Shown: positions 22,055 through 31,605 of the stretch, in pieces
Layout of the letters: each line of letters starts with the position of its first letter
Numbering within the stretch: position 1 is the first letter of the stretch
NCBI GenBank assembly: GCA_016192455.1
Contig: JACPUC010000014.1
Span: forward strand, 62,001-120,844
DNA from: Candidatus Tectimicrobiota bacterium
Lineage (GTDB): Bacteria > JACPUC01
Direction: 5' to 3'
DNA: 58,844 nucleotides
Program-made: the position numbers and the translations under genes
The notes under the pieces: model-generated
Database searches by the model: none
The model's input: only the letters and a program-made list of their open reading frames with translations
Told to the model about the DNA's origin: nothing

Positions 22055-22166
22055 GGGGAAGCTGCGGAGAATGTGGCGCGAAGCTTAGGAGACGCACCTG
22101 GACTGGCGGGTGGGGGCGCTATGCTGAGCGGCCCGCGCGAAGCCACGCCGCGGCAGGAAGCCCGCC

Positions 22167-23438
22167 TCAGCCAGGCGCGTCGTCGCGTTCCGGCACGCCC
22201 TGGACCAGGATCAGGCCGGCGACAAAGAAGGCCAGGACGCTGAGGATCGCCAGGCGCTGGCTCCCTGTCCAGGAGGAGACGAGACCGAAGACGAGCGGTC
22301 CGACAGCCGCCGAGAGTCTCCCGCTCACCCCATAGAAGCCGAAGAATTCCGCGCCTTGCGGTGCGGGAAGAAGGGAGGCCATCATGGCGCGGCTGGTCGA
22401 CTGGCTTGAACCTATGGCCAGACCGGCCAGGAGGCCCACCACCGAGAAGAGGGCGCGCGAACGCGCCGCAAACGCTCCCAGAATCACCACCACCCAGAGC
22501 ACGAGGGTGAGCGTGAGGGTGCGCTTGCTGCCCAGCCAATCACCCACCCAGCCGAAGAGGATAGCGCCAACGATGCCGCTCGTCTGCACGGAGAGATAGA
22601 AGAGGATAAGCTGGTCCATGCTCATGCCCAGGGTGTGGCTGGCGTAGATGCTGCTGAAGTAAATGACCGTGGTGATCCCCTCGTTGTAGCAGCAGTAGGC
22701 AACGAGGAAGCGGGCGGCGCGGCGGTGGCGGCGCACCTCGCGCAGGGTCTGGCGCCAACGGCGGTAGCCGACCTTGAAGGCGCGAAACAGCGGCAGGGGG
22801 TTCGCATCGACGCGCTCGCGACGCTCCCGTAGCCAGAGCGCCGCTGGCAAGGTGAAGAGGGCGAAGAAGAGGGCGGTCAGGAAGAAGCTCAGGCGCACAT
22901 TGGCCAGGTTTTCAGGGGCAAGGCCGCCGGCCAGGAGGGGCCGAGCGAGAAGGATCACACCCACCGCGCCGGCATATCCGAGGGCCCATCCATAGCCGGA
23001 AAGCGTATGCAGGAGGTGCGGCGGAGCGATCTGCGGCAGGAACGCATTGTAGAAGACGCTGCCCATCTCGAAGGCGATATTCGCGCTGATAAAGAGGACC
23101 ATGCCCGCAAACACCATGCCCGGACCGATGCGGGCGAGCAAGGCCGTGCCGGCGATGCAGAGCGCCGAGAACGCCAGGAGGCCCCGCTTGCGCGCCGCGG
23201 CGGCGTCGCTCCAGGCTCCCAGGAGCGGCGCCAGGCAGGCCACCAGCAGCATGGAGATGGCGCCGTTCACCCCCCAGAGGAGATCGCCGAAGTTCGTCGC
23301 TCCCCCCACCACGATCTGGCGGAAGTAGACGGCGTAGACGAAGGTGACGATGATGACGGAGAAGGAGGTGTTAGCGAAGTCGTAGAGCATCCAGGCCCAC
23401 TGCTCAGCACTCAGGCGGAAGATCAGCCAGCGGCGCAT
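22167..23438 (-). CDS. MFS transporter (Atg22/UMF1-like)
   Basis: WAWMLYDFANTSF, FYNAFLP, SGYGWALGY, SRAMM and EFFGFY motifs. Confidence 0.9.
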   Translation of the reverse strand: MRRWLIFRLSAEQWAWMLYDFANTSFSVIIVTFVYAVYFRQIVVGGATNFGDLLWGVNGAISMLLVACLAPLLGAWSDAAAARKRGLLAFSALCIAGTALLARIGPGMVFAGMVLFISANIAFEMGSVFYNAFLPQIAPPHLLHTLSGYGWALGYAGAVGVILLARPLLAGGLAPENLANVRLSFFLTALFFALFTLPAALWLRERRERVDANPLPLFRAFKVGYRRWRQTLREVRRHRRAARFLVAYCCYNEGITTVIYFSSIYASHTLGMSMDQLILFYLSVQTSGIVGAILFGWVGDWLGSKRTLTLTLVLWVVVILGAFAARSRALFSVVGLLAGLAIGSSQSTSRAMMASLLPAPQGAEFFGFYGVSGRLSAAVGPLVFGLVSSWTGSQRLAILSVLAFFVAGLILVQGVPERDDAPG

Positions 23439-23668
23439 GGACCAGCCCCCGGACGATCACCCGCTCTGCCAGCCGGGGTTGCCGAGGCGGGCAGCGGCGT
23501 TGGCAAGGAGGCGCACGACACGGCAGGGTACGAAGCTGGAGGGACGAGTACTGGGGAGCCTGCGGCGTTGCGGCGAGGGCGGCTCCACCCCGCCATGAGG
23601 AACTCCGCCGGCGAATCGATCGGGGGGAGAGGCTCGAGCCTTACTGGGAACGCAAGGATCGCTCCCGG

Positions 23669-24433
23669 CTACTCCTCCTCGCCGAGGTAGGCTTCGATGA
23701 CCTGGCGATTCTCGCGAATCTCGCTCGGCTTCCCCTCGGCGATCTTCTCGCCGAAGTTCAGCACGGTGACGATATCGGAGATTTCCATCACCAGGCTCAT
23801 GTGGTGCTCAATGAGGACGACGGTGATGCCGCGGTCGCAGACCTCTTTGATGTGGCGGTCGAGGTCGATGATCTCGTTCTGGTTCATGCCGGCGGCGGGC
23901 TCATCCAGGAGGAGGAGCTTCGGCTTCGTCGCCAGGGCCCGCGCGATCTCAAGCCGCCGCTGCTGCCCGTAGGGCAAGGCGGAGGCTCGCAGGTGCAGTT
24001 TTTCCGCCAGCTCCATGAACTCGAGGAGCTCGAGGGCCGCCTCGCGGGTAGCGCGCTCCTCGGCGAGCTCGCAGAAGGGGGGCCGCAAGAAGCTCTTCAG
24101 GATGCCGGCATTGGTGCGGCAATGGCGCCCCAGCATGACGTTCTCCAGAACCGTCATCGAGCCGAAGAGGCGGATATTCTGGAACGTCCGCCCAATGCCG
24201 AGCTCCGTGCGCTTGTGCGGTTTCATGCCGTTGAGCACATGGCCTTCAAACTTGATCGTGCCGCCTTCGTTGTCCAGCATGCCGGTGACGCAGTTGAAGA
24301 GGGTGGTCTTGCCGGCGCCGTTCGGCCCAATCACGGCATGGATTCTCCTCTCCTCGACCGCGAAGGAAACCCGGTAGAGCGCATTGAATCCACCGAAGGA
24401 TTTGGTAACCTCGTTGATCTCCAACAGGGCCAT
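23669..24433 (-). CDS. livG: LIV-type ABC transporter ATP-binding protein (LivG-like)
   Basis: GPNGAGKTT, RTFQNIRLF, LPYGQQRRLEIARAL, LLLDEPAAG and EHHM. Confidence 0.93.
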   Translation of the reverse strand: MALLEINEVTKSFGGFNALYRVSFAVEERRIHAVIGPNGAGKTTLFNCVTGMLDNEGGTIKFEGHVLNGMKPHKRTELGIGRTFQNIRLFGSMTVLENVMLGRHCRTNAGILKSFLRPPFCELAEERATREAALELLEFMELAEKLHLRASALPYGQQRRLEIARALATKPKLLLLDEPAAGMNQNEIIDLDRHIKEVCDRGITVVLIEHHMSLVMEISDIVTVLNFGEKIAEGKPSEIRENRQVIEAYLGEEE

Positions 24434-24465
24434 ACTCGCCTTTCACTCCCCACAGGCTGGGGCAC

Positions 24466-25179
24466 CTAAGCCTTCCGGCCCCCCAGGTATGCCTCTTGCA
24501 CTTCCGAGTTTCCCAGTAGGGCCTCGCAACTATCTTCCAGGATGATGTTCCCGGTGACGATGACGTACCCGCGGTCCGAGACCTGCAGGGCCTTGCGGGC
24601 GTTCTGCTCGACGAGCAGGATCGTCCTCCCCTCCTTCTTCATCTCCGCGATGATGCGGAAGATCTCGCTGACGATGAGGGGGGCCAGTCCCAGGGAGGGC
24701 TCATCCATCATGATGAGGCGGGGCTTCGCCATGAGGCCGCGCGCAATGGCGAGCATCTGCTGCTCGCCGCCGCTGAGGCTCCCCGCCAGTTGTTGCTTGC
24801 GCTGGTCAAGAATGGGGAAGCGCTCGAAGATGCGCTGCAGGTCCTCACGGTACTCCGTATCGCGCGGTCGCAGGTAGCCCCCCATCTCGAGGTTCTCGAG
24901 CACGGTGAGCCGTTTCAGGATCGCACGCCCTTCCTGAACCTGGACGATCCCCTGGCGCACGATCTCGTGCGGCTTCATGCGATTGAGGTGATGACCATCG
25001 AAGACAATGTCTCCCCCCCTGGGACGCATCACCCCCGAGATCGTCTTTAGCAACGTCGATTTTCCGGCTCCGTTGGAGCCAATCAGGGTGACGGTCTCAC
25101 CCTCTCGCACCTCAAGCGAGACGCCTTTGAGGGCCAGGATTTCACCGTAGGCTGCGTAGAGGTTGGATACCTTCAGCAT
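24466..25179 (-). CDS. livF: LIV-type ABC transporter ATP-binding protein (LivF-like)
   Basis: GSNGAGKST, LSGGEQQMLAIARGL, DEPSLGLAP and VEQNA. Confidence 0.93.
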   Translation of the reverse strand: MLKVSNLYAAYGEILALKGVSLEVREGETVTLIGSNGAGKSTLLKTISGVMRPRGGDIVFDGHHLNRMKPHEIVRQGIVQVQEGRAILKRLTVLENLEMGGYLRPRDTEYREDLQRIFERFPILDQRKQQLAGSLSGGEQQMLAIARGLMAKPRLIMMDEPSLGLAPLIVSEIFRIIAEMKKEGRTILLVEQNARKALQVSDRGYVIVTGNIILEDSCEALLGNSEVQEAYLGGRKA

Positions 25180-25416
25180 ACGTTCACTTTCCTAAAACGA
25201 GAGGAGCGCCAACGAGCCGCCGCCCCATCGCGGGGAGATCCTTCCTGCAGAGGTGGCCGCTGCAACGCTGGCCTGAACGTGCGGCGGGGCTTCGTCCGTT
25301 CCCGCGTCTCTCTACCACACCCTGATGCCCATGCAGAGCGCAGGGTCCTGCCGCCAGCCCCCAGCGCCAGCCTCCACATCCGGCATCCGCCTGCGGCGCC
25401 CCCGCGCCGCCTCTCC

Positions 25417-26400
25417 CTAGGCTTCCACCCTTGGTTTCCAGAGGTTCGCCAAGGTGCTCCGCCAGTAGCGCAGGCTCATCATCTCCTTGCTGATCAAGCC
25501 GGCAGGCCGCAGAATCATCATGACGATGAGAAGCCCGCCGAAGATGATGATGCGCCAATCCTGAATAATCCGCAGCCACTCCGGCAGAAATGTCAGGTAG
25601 AAACCTCCATAGATCGGTCCCGCATAGATTTCATAGCCGCCGAGCAGCGTGAAGATGAGGATCTCGATGGATCGGAAGACGCCGAAGTTTGTCGAGTCGA
25701 TGTAGAGCGCATAGTGCGCGTAAAGCCCGCCGCTGATGCCGGCGAGGAAAGCGCCAATGGCGAAGGCGACCACCTTGTGGCGGGTGAGGTCCACCCCCAT
25801 CACCTCCGCGGCGTCCTGGTCCTCTTTCATGGACTCAAACGCCCGCCCCATGCGTGATTTCGTCACGCGCACGAAAAAAAGCACCACGAGGACCAGGGCG
25901 ACGTAGACGTTCCAAATGGTGGTGAGAGGTGGAATGCCGCCGAGTCCGCTCGCCCCCCCGGTATACTCGAAGTTGAGGAAGAAAACACGGATAATCTCAC
26001 TGATCGCCAGCGTCATGAGGAGGAGGTAGACACCCCGAATCCGCAGCGCCGGAAAGGCGGTCAACACGCCGACGATGGCGGCGAGGATACCCCCCGCCAG
26101 CAGGGCGATGAAAAAGGTGAGGTCGAGGGGGCCGACGGTGAAGTGAAATTTCCACAGCGTCGTGATGCTTGCCGACATGTAGGCGCCCACACCCATGAAG
26201 CCTGCCTGCGCCAGGGAGAGCAGCCCCGCCGAGAATGGCAAGTAGAAGCTCAGCGAGACGATGATATTGATGGCGGCGAAGATGAGAATCGACTCGATGT
26301 AGGCATCCGTCCGAAAGAACAAGTTGGCGATCAGGTAGTAGGCGCCGAAGACCACGGTCACGGCGATGAACAGCGACAGCATTCGCATTGACGTACTCAT
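25417..26400 (-). CDS. livM: LIV-type ABC transporter permease (LivM-like)
   Basis: GLLSLAQAGFMGVGAY, LRIRGVYL, TGGASGLGGI and SRMGRAF. Confidence 0.9.
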   Translation of the reverse strand: MSTSMRMLSLFIAVTVVFGAYYLIANLFFRTDAYIESILIFAAINIIVSLSFYLPFSAGLLSLAQAGFMGVGAYMSASITTLWKFHFTVGPLDLTFFIALLAGGILAAIVGVLTAFPALRIRGVYLLLMTLAISEIIRVFFLNFEYTGGASGLGGIPPLTTIWNVYVALVLVVLFFVRVTKSRMGRAFESMKEDQDAAEVMGVDLTRHKVVAFAIGAFLAGISGGLYAHYALYIDSTNFGVFRSIEILIFTLLGGYEIYAGPIYGGFYLTFLPEWLRIIQDWRIIIFGGLLIVMMILRPAGLISKEMMSLRYWRSTLANLWKPRVEA

Positions 26401-26564
26401 CCCTTACCTCTTCCACAGCGCCGGCCTGCTGCCGCGCGGTCAACCCTCCTGATCTGCTCCACCCACGCTCCGCTCTACCTGCGCCGGCGGGGGAAAACCG
26501 GCCCTGCCCTCGCCCCAACCCCTCCCACGGCCCTCGTCCACAGAGCAGGCGGCGCCTTAGCGCC

Positions 26565-27434
26565 TTAGTCGCCGTGGAGCTTGGCGCCGAACAAGCCACT
26601 TGGACGAAAGATCAGGATCATCACCATAACGCCGAAGGCGAAGGCATCGCGGTACGAAGAGGCGAGGTAGGCGACGCTGAGCACCTCCACGATGCCGAGG
26701 ATCAACCCGCCTACCATGGCGCCGGTGATATTGCCCAAGCCGCCGAGGAGCATGATGGCGAAGCTCTTCAGGGCCATCTCCACGCCCATGAAGGGGGAGA
26801 TAGCATTGAACGCCAGCCCCACGAGCACGCCCGCGGCTCCCGCCAATGCGGACGCCACGCCGAAGGTCAGGATGACCACGCCATTGATGTTCACCCCCAG
26901 CAGGCTGGCCGTCCGCCCGCTCTCGGCGGCGGCGCGCATGGCCGTGCCGAGGCGGGTGCGGTTGACGAAGAGGTGCAGCACCAACATCAGGAAGAGCGAG
27001 GTCGCGAGGATGAGCATCTGCACCGAGGTGACCGTGACGTTCCCAATGGGGTAGTTGACGATCTTGATGGTCTCGGGGAAGCCGACCTGCTCGCCCCCGA
27101 AGATCTTCGTGGCCGCGTCCTGCAGGATGATGGTGACGCCGACGGTGCTGAGGAGGGGGGCGAGGTGGAACTCTTTGCTGATGGGCCGCACCGCCACGCG
27201 CTCGACCAGGATGCCGAGGATAGCGGTGATCACCATGCTGCCGAACAGCGCCACGTAAACGTTCACCTTGAAGAGGAGCACAAGGTAGAGCCCGAAGAAC
27301 GCTCCCATCATGAAGACTTCGCCGTGCGCGAAGTGCAGCAGGCTAAGGACGCCGAAGATCAGGGTGTAGCCGATGGCGATGAGGGAGTACGCGCTCCCCA
27401 GCATCAGGCCGTTAATCATCTGTTGCAGGAACAT
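26565..27434 (-). CDS. livH: LIV-type ABC transporter permease (LivH-like)
   Basis: QQMINGLMLGSAYSLIAIGYTLIFG..FAHGE, TRLGTAMRA and LGGLG. Confidence 0.92.
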   Translation of the reverse strand: MFLQQMINGLMLGSAYSLIAIGYTLIFGVLSLLHFAHGEVFMMGAFFGLYLVLLFKVNVYVALFGSMVITAILGILVERVAVRPISKEFHLAPLLSTVGVTIILQDAATKIFGGEQVGFPETIKIVNYPIGNVTVTSVQMLILATSLFLMLVLHLFVNRTRLGTAMRAAAESGRTASLLGVNINGVVILTFGVASALAGAAGVLVGLAFNAISPFMGVEMALKSFAIMLLGGLGNITGAMVGGLILGIVEVLSVAYLASSYRDAFAFGVMVMILIFRPSGLFGAKLHGD

Positions 27435-27518
27435 ACGTGGTGGTCCTCCGCCCGCCTCTCTGCTACCCCTGCAGCCCGGGACGCCCTCCGGCCAGGCGCG
27501 CCGGGCCGTCCCGGCTTG

Positions 27519-29084
27519 TTATGCGGAACTGAGCTGACGCAGCTTGTAGCGTTGGATCTTCCCCGTCGCCGTCTTCGGCAGCTCCGGCACAAACTCGTAC
27601 CAGCGCGGATACTTGTAGTGCGCCAGACGGGCGCGGATGTGCTCGGTGTACGCCTGCTCCAGCGTCGGGCCGGGCTGCACGCCCTCTTTCAGAACAATGA
27701 AGGCCTTCGGCTTGATGAGGTTCGCATCATCCTCCTCCCCGATGACCGCGCACTCCAACACGGAGGGATGCTCCATGAGGCAGTTCTCGATCTCAATCGG
27801 TGAGACCCAGATGCCTCCCACCTTCAGCATGTCATCGGAACGCCCACAGTAAACGTAGTAGTCCTCCTCGTCGATGTAGTACTTGTCGCCGGTGATCACC
27901 CACTCGCCGATCATGGTGGTCTTCGTCTTCTGGTGCTTGTTCCAGTAGTACGGCGCCGTGCTGTCGCCACTGACCCAGAGGTTGCCGACCTCTCCCTTGG
28001 GCACGTCGTTGCCTTGGTCATCCGCCACCCGCGCCTCATAGCCGGGGATGATCTTGCCGCTCGTGCCGGCCTTGGCGCTCCCTAGCTTGTTGGAGATGAA
28101 GAGGTGGATGACCTCGGTGGAGCCGATGCCATCGATGAGCTCGTGGCCGAAGCGCTCCTTCCACTGCCGGAACAGCTCCGGCGGCAAGGATTCCCCCGCC
28201 GAGAAGAGGATGCGCAGCGAGCTCAGGTCGTACTTCTCGGCACCCTTCACCTGCAACATCTGCCCGTACATCGTCGGCACGTTGAAGAGGACGGTGGGCT
28301 TGAATTTGTCGATGATTTTGAACATATCTTCAGGAAGCGGGCGAGCCGGCCAGAGGATCGACGACGCCCCGACGCTGAAGGGGAAGTAGAGCGAGTTGCC
28401 CAGTCCGTAGGCGAAGAAGAGCTTGGCAACCGAGAAGACGAGATCGCTCTCCTTCGTCTCCACGATGTACTTCCCGAAGGTGTTGTAAGAGTGGTACATG
28501 TCGTGCTGCAGGTGGACGACGCCCTTGGGGAAGCCGGTGCTCCCCGAGCTGTACTGCCAGAGGGCCATGTCGTCACGGTGCGTCGGGGCCGCCTCGAGCG
28601 ACTCCGACTCCGGCTCGACGAGCTTCTCGTAGGAATGATACTTGCCCGTTGTGTCGCCGATGACGATGACGTGCTTCAGGAAGGGGCAGTTGGCGAGGAC
28701 CGGCTCCACTTCCGGCAGGAGCTGCTGGTCGATGATGAGGGCCATGGCGCGGCTGTCGTTGAGAAAGTACTGGTAATCCCGCGAGCGCATGATGGTGTTC
28801 GTCGGGATCGGCACGGCGCCGATCTTGATCGCCCCCAGAAAGCTGGCGATGAACTCGGGGCAATCGAGGACGATCATGAGGACGCGGTTCTCCATCTCGA
28901 TACCAAGATGGCGCAGCGCGTTCCCCGTCTTGTTGATCATCACCTGGAGCTGGCGATAGGTGAAGGTCCCGCCCTGATAGTGGATGGCGACCTTCTCGCC
29001 CCGCCCTTGCGCGACGTTGCCATCAACCAAGGGGACGGCGGCGTTGAACTGTTCCGGGAGTTCCAAGGACGAATGGGTATCCAT
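27519..29084 (-). CDS. Benzoate-CoA ligase family acyl-CoA synthetase
   Basis: YSSGSTGFPKGVVH, AKLFFAYGLGN, DGIGSTE, GRSDDMLKVGG and LPKTATGKIQR. Confidence 0.92.
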   Translation of the reverse strand: MDTHSSLELPEQFNAAVPLVDGNVAQGRGEKVAIHYQGGTFTYRQLQVMINKTGNALRHLGIEMENRVLMIVLDCPEFIASFLGAIKIGAVPIPTNTIMRSRDYQYFLNDSRAMALIIDQQLLPEVEPVLANCPFLKHVIVIGDTTGKYHSYEKLVEPESESLEAAPTHRDDMALWQYSSGSTGFPKGVVHLQHDMYHSYNTFGKYIVETKESDLVFSVAKLFFAYGLGNSLYFPFSVGASSILWPARPLPEDMFKIIDKFKPTVLFNVPTMYGQMLQVKGAEKYDLSSLRILFSAGESLPPELFRQWKERFGHELIDGIGSTEVIHLFISNKLGSAKAGTSGKIIPGYEARVADDQGNDVPKGEVGNLWVSGDSTAPYYWNKHQKTKTTMIGEWVITGDKYYIDEEDYYVYCGRSDDMLKVGGIWVSPIEIENCLMEHPSVLECAVIGEEDDANLIKPKAFIVLKEGVQPGPTLEQAYTEHIRARLAHYKYPRWYEFVPELPKTATGKIQRYKLRQLSSA

Positions 29085-29702
29085 GCTGAACCTCGTCCAC
29101 GTCCACCAACCGCTTCCGGGCGCGCCACAGGCTCCCGGCCCCCGTGCACCGGCTGGATTGTTGTTTCAGAGGGGCTGGACGGCATGCATCCGGGCACGGG
29201 TCTCCCGCTCGGCTCCCAGCCCATGACGGAACTTGGCACGCGGATTCAATGCTGCGCTCGGCGCCTTCCCCGCACTACGAAGGGAGAGAGCGACCTCGTG
29301 GTTAAACATCTTCACCTGGCCTAGGCAGCGCTTGGACAACCAACCTCGCCTAGCGTTGCGTGCAACTGGTACCACATCCCCCTGCTTTCGTCAAGGACCG
29401 CCGCGAGCTCGCCTCCTTCCGAGGCCGCGCACGCCACACTTTGCAAGACGTCCCCTCTTGACGGAGCAGAGATTCCCCCGCCTCCGTGACTTCGCTGGAC
29501 GCCGAGGTGAGGGAACGCCGGCGGCTTCTCAGCCTCGGCTTCGGCGCGCGGAACCCAGCGCCGCGTTGGGACCCCATGCCCGGGGGACGCGCAGCACGCA
29601 CCCCGACGCCCCTGCGCACCTGGCACGCGGGGCACTCTCCTCCCGCCGATGTCCAGTACAGGGCAAGGCAGGCGACGCAAAGGCCGGCAGCGCAGCGCGC
29701 AC

Positions 29703-31379
29703 CTAGAACCCCTGCGGCGGCTGGTAGGCGCCGAAGACGTCGCGCAGCACGGCGCAGATTTCGCCGAGCGTGGCGTACGCCTTGACGGCATCGATGAGCG
29801 GCGGCAGCAGGTTGGCGTCGCCCTGCGCGGCCGTCCGCAGCTCGGCAAGGATCCGCTCCACTTTGGCGGCGTCGCGCCGGGACTTCACCGCCTTCAGACG
29901 CTGCACCTGCTCCAGCTCGATGGCCGGATCGGTCTGGTGCAGCACGATCTCCGGCTCGTCGTCGATCTTGAACTGGTTGACGCCGACAATGACGCGCTCG
30001 CCCGTCTCCACCTCGCGCTGGTAGCGATAGGCGCTCTCGATGATCTCACTCTGGTAGTAGCCCTTCTCGATCGCCGCCACGGCGCCGCCCAGTTTGTCGA
30101 TCTTGGCGATGAGATCCCAGGCCCGTTCCTCGAGCTCGTTCGTGAGGGTCTCGACGTAGAAGGACCCCGCCAGCGGATCAATCGTATCGGCGATCCCCGA
30201 TTCATAGGCGACAATCTGCTGCGTGCGCATGGCGACGCGCACCGCCTCTTCCGTGGGCAGGGCCAGGGCCTCGTCGAACGAGCAGACGTGCAGCGCCTGG
30301 CAGCCGCCGAGCACCGCCGCCATGGTCTCGATGGTGCCGCGGATGACGTTGTTGAAGGGCTGGTGCGCGGTGAACGACGAGCCCGCCGTGCCGGTGAAAA
30401 CGCGGAAGGTGCAGGAGCGCGGGTCCTTGGCCCCGAAGCGCTCCTTCATGATCTTCGCCCACATGCGCCGCGCCGCCCGGAACTTGGCGATCTCCTCGAA
30501 GAAGTCGATCATCGTGTTGGGAAGCCAGGAGAGCCGCGGCCCGAAGCGGTCCACCTCGAGCCCCGCCTTGATCGCCGCCTCCACGTAAGCGATGCCGTCC
30601 GCCAGCATGAAGGCCAGCTCCTGCATGGCATTGCACCCCGCCTCGCGCAGGTGGTAGCCGCAGATGCTGATGGTGTTCCAGCGGGGCACCTGCTTGGAGC
30701 AGTACGCGAAGATGTCGGTGATGATGCGCATGCTCGGCTTCGGCGGGAAGATGTAGGTGCCGCGAGCCACGTACTCCTTCAGGATGTCGTTCTGGATCGT
30801 GCCCGTCAGCTTGGTGGGCGGAATGCCCTGCTGCTCGGCCACGGTCACGTACATGGCCAGCATCATCGCGGCGTGCGCGTTGCACGTCATGGAGGTGCTG
30901 ATCTTGTCGAGCGGGATGCCGTCGAAGAGCCGCTCCATGTCCTCCAGCGTGTCGATCGCCACGCCGACCTTGCCCACCTCCCCGCGGGCGATGGGGTGGT
31001 CGCTGTCGTAGCCAAGCTGCGTGGGCAGGTCGAAGGCCACGCTCAAGCCGGTGTTGCCGGTCTCCAGGAGGTACTTGTAGCGCTGGTTCGACTCATCCGC
31101 CGTACCGTAGCCGGCATATTGCCGGAAGGTCCAGAACTTGCCGCGGTAGGCGGTATGCTGCACGGCGCGCGTGAAGGGATACTGACCGGGCCAACCGATA
31201 TCCTGGCTATAGTCTCTCCCCGCCAGATCGAGCGGCGAGTAGGCGCGTTTGATCGGGATGCCCGAGGCCGTCTCGAAGCGCTTCTTGCGATCGGGGAAGC
31301 TGAGGGCTTGCTCCTCGGCTTCCTTCTCGTAGCGTTCCGCTTCCTGACGCAAGCCGGCAAGAAATCGCTCGTCAAACAT
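29703..31379 (-). CDS. B12-dependent acyl-CoA mutase, large (substrate-binding) subunit, methylmalonyl-CoA mutase family
   Basis: PGQYPFTR, RQYAG, GLSVAFDLPTQ, GTIQNDILKEY, GYHLREAG, EIAKFRAARR and DEALALP; no C-terminal DxHxxG B12-binding domain. Confidence 0.93.
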   Translation of the reverse strand: MFDERFLAGLRQEAERYEKEAEEQALSFPDRKKRFETASGIPIKRAYSPLDLAGRDYSQDIGWPGQYPFTRAVQHTAYRGKFWTFRQYAGYGTADESNQRYKYLLETGNTGLSVAFDLPTQLGYDSDHPIARGEVGKVGVAIDTLEDMERLFDGIPLDKISTSMTCNAHAAMMLAMYVTVAEQQGIPPTKLTGTIQNDILKEYVARGTYIFPPKPSMRIITDIFAYCSKQVPRWNTISICGYHLREAGCNAMQELAFMLADGIAYVEAAIKAGLEVDRFGPRLSWLPNTMIDFFEEIAKFRAARRMWAKIMKERFGAKDPRSCTFRVFTGTAGSSFTAHQPFNNVIRGTIETMAAVLGGCQALHVCSFDEALALPTEEAVRVAMRTQQIVAYESGIADTIDPLAGSFYVETLTNELEERAWDLIAKIDKLGGAVAAIEKGYYQSEIIESAYRYQREVETGERVIVGVNQFKIDDEPEIVLHQTDPAIELEQVQRLKAVKSRRDAAKVERILAELRTAAQGDANLLPPLIDAVKAYATLGEICAVLRDVFGAYQPPQGF

Positions 31380-31465
31380 TCTGGATCACCCTCTCGTTGA
31401 CCCTCGAAGCTGGGGAGCCTGTTCCGGCGTAACCCCCAGCGACACCCCAGTATCAACGGCAACCC

Positions 31466-31523
31466 ATTATAAACCCTTAAGTTATTTTTTTCCAGACTAC
31501 GCCGCCTGGGGACTCGAAGTCAA
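31466..31523 (-). promoter_or_regulatory. AT-rich promoter region upstream of the mutase
   Basis: TTGACT-N18-TAGTCT plus a downstream perfect TATAAT on the minus strand. Confidence 0.45.
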
Positions 31524-31605
31524 GGAGGAATGAACACCACCGCAAGGCCACGCGGTCACCAGCGGCCCTTCCCCCCGGGGCAGCCGGCGCGGGGCTGCCT
31601 GGGCG

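Noticed and set aside
29232-29250. Sigma54-like TGGCAC motif upstream of the CoA ligase
   Set aside because: The -12 element reads TTCA rather than TTGC, and it faces away from the ligase.
29649-31400. 583-aa plus-strand ORF opposite the mutase, and similar long antisense ORFs over serA, the ligase, ald, secY and r-protein genes
   Set aside because: They mirror the real genes; stop-codon scarcity on the antisense strand is expected at this GC content.
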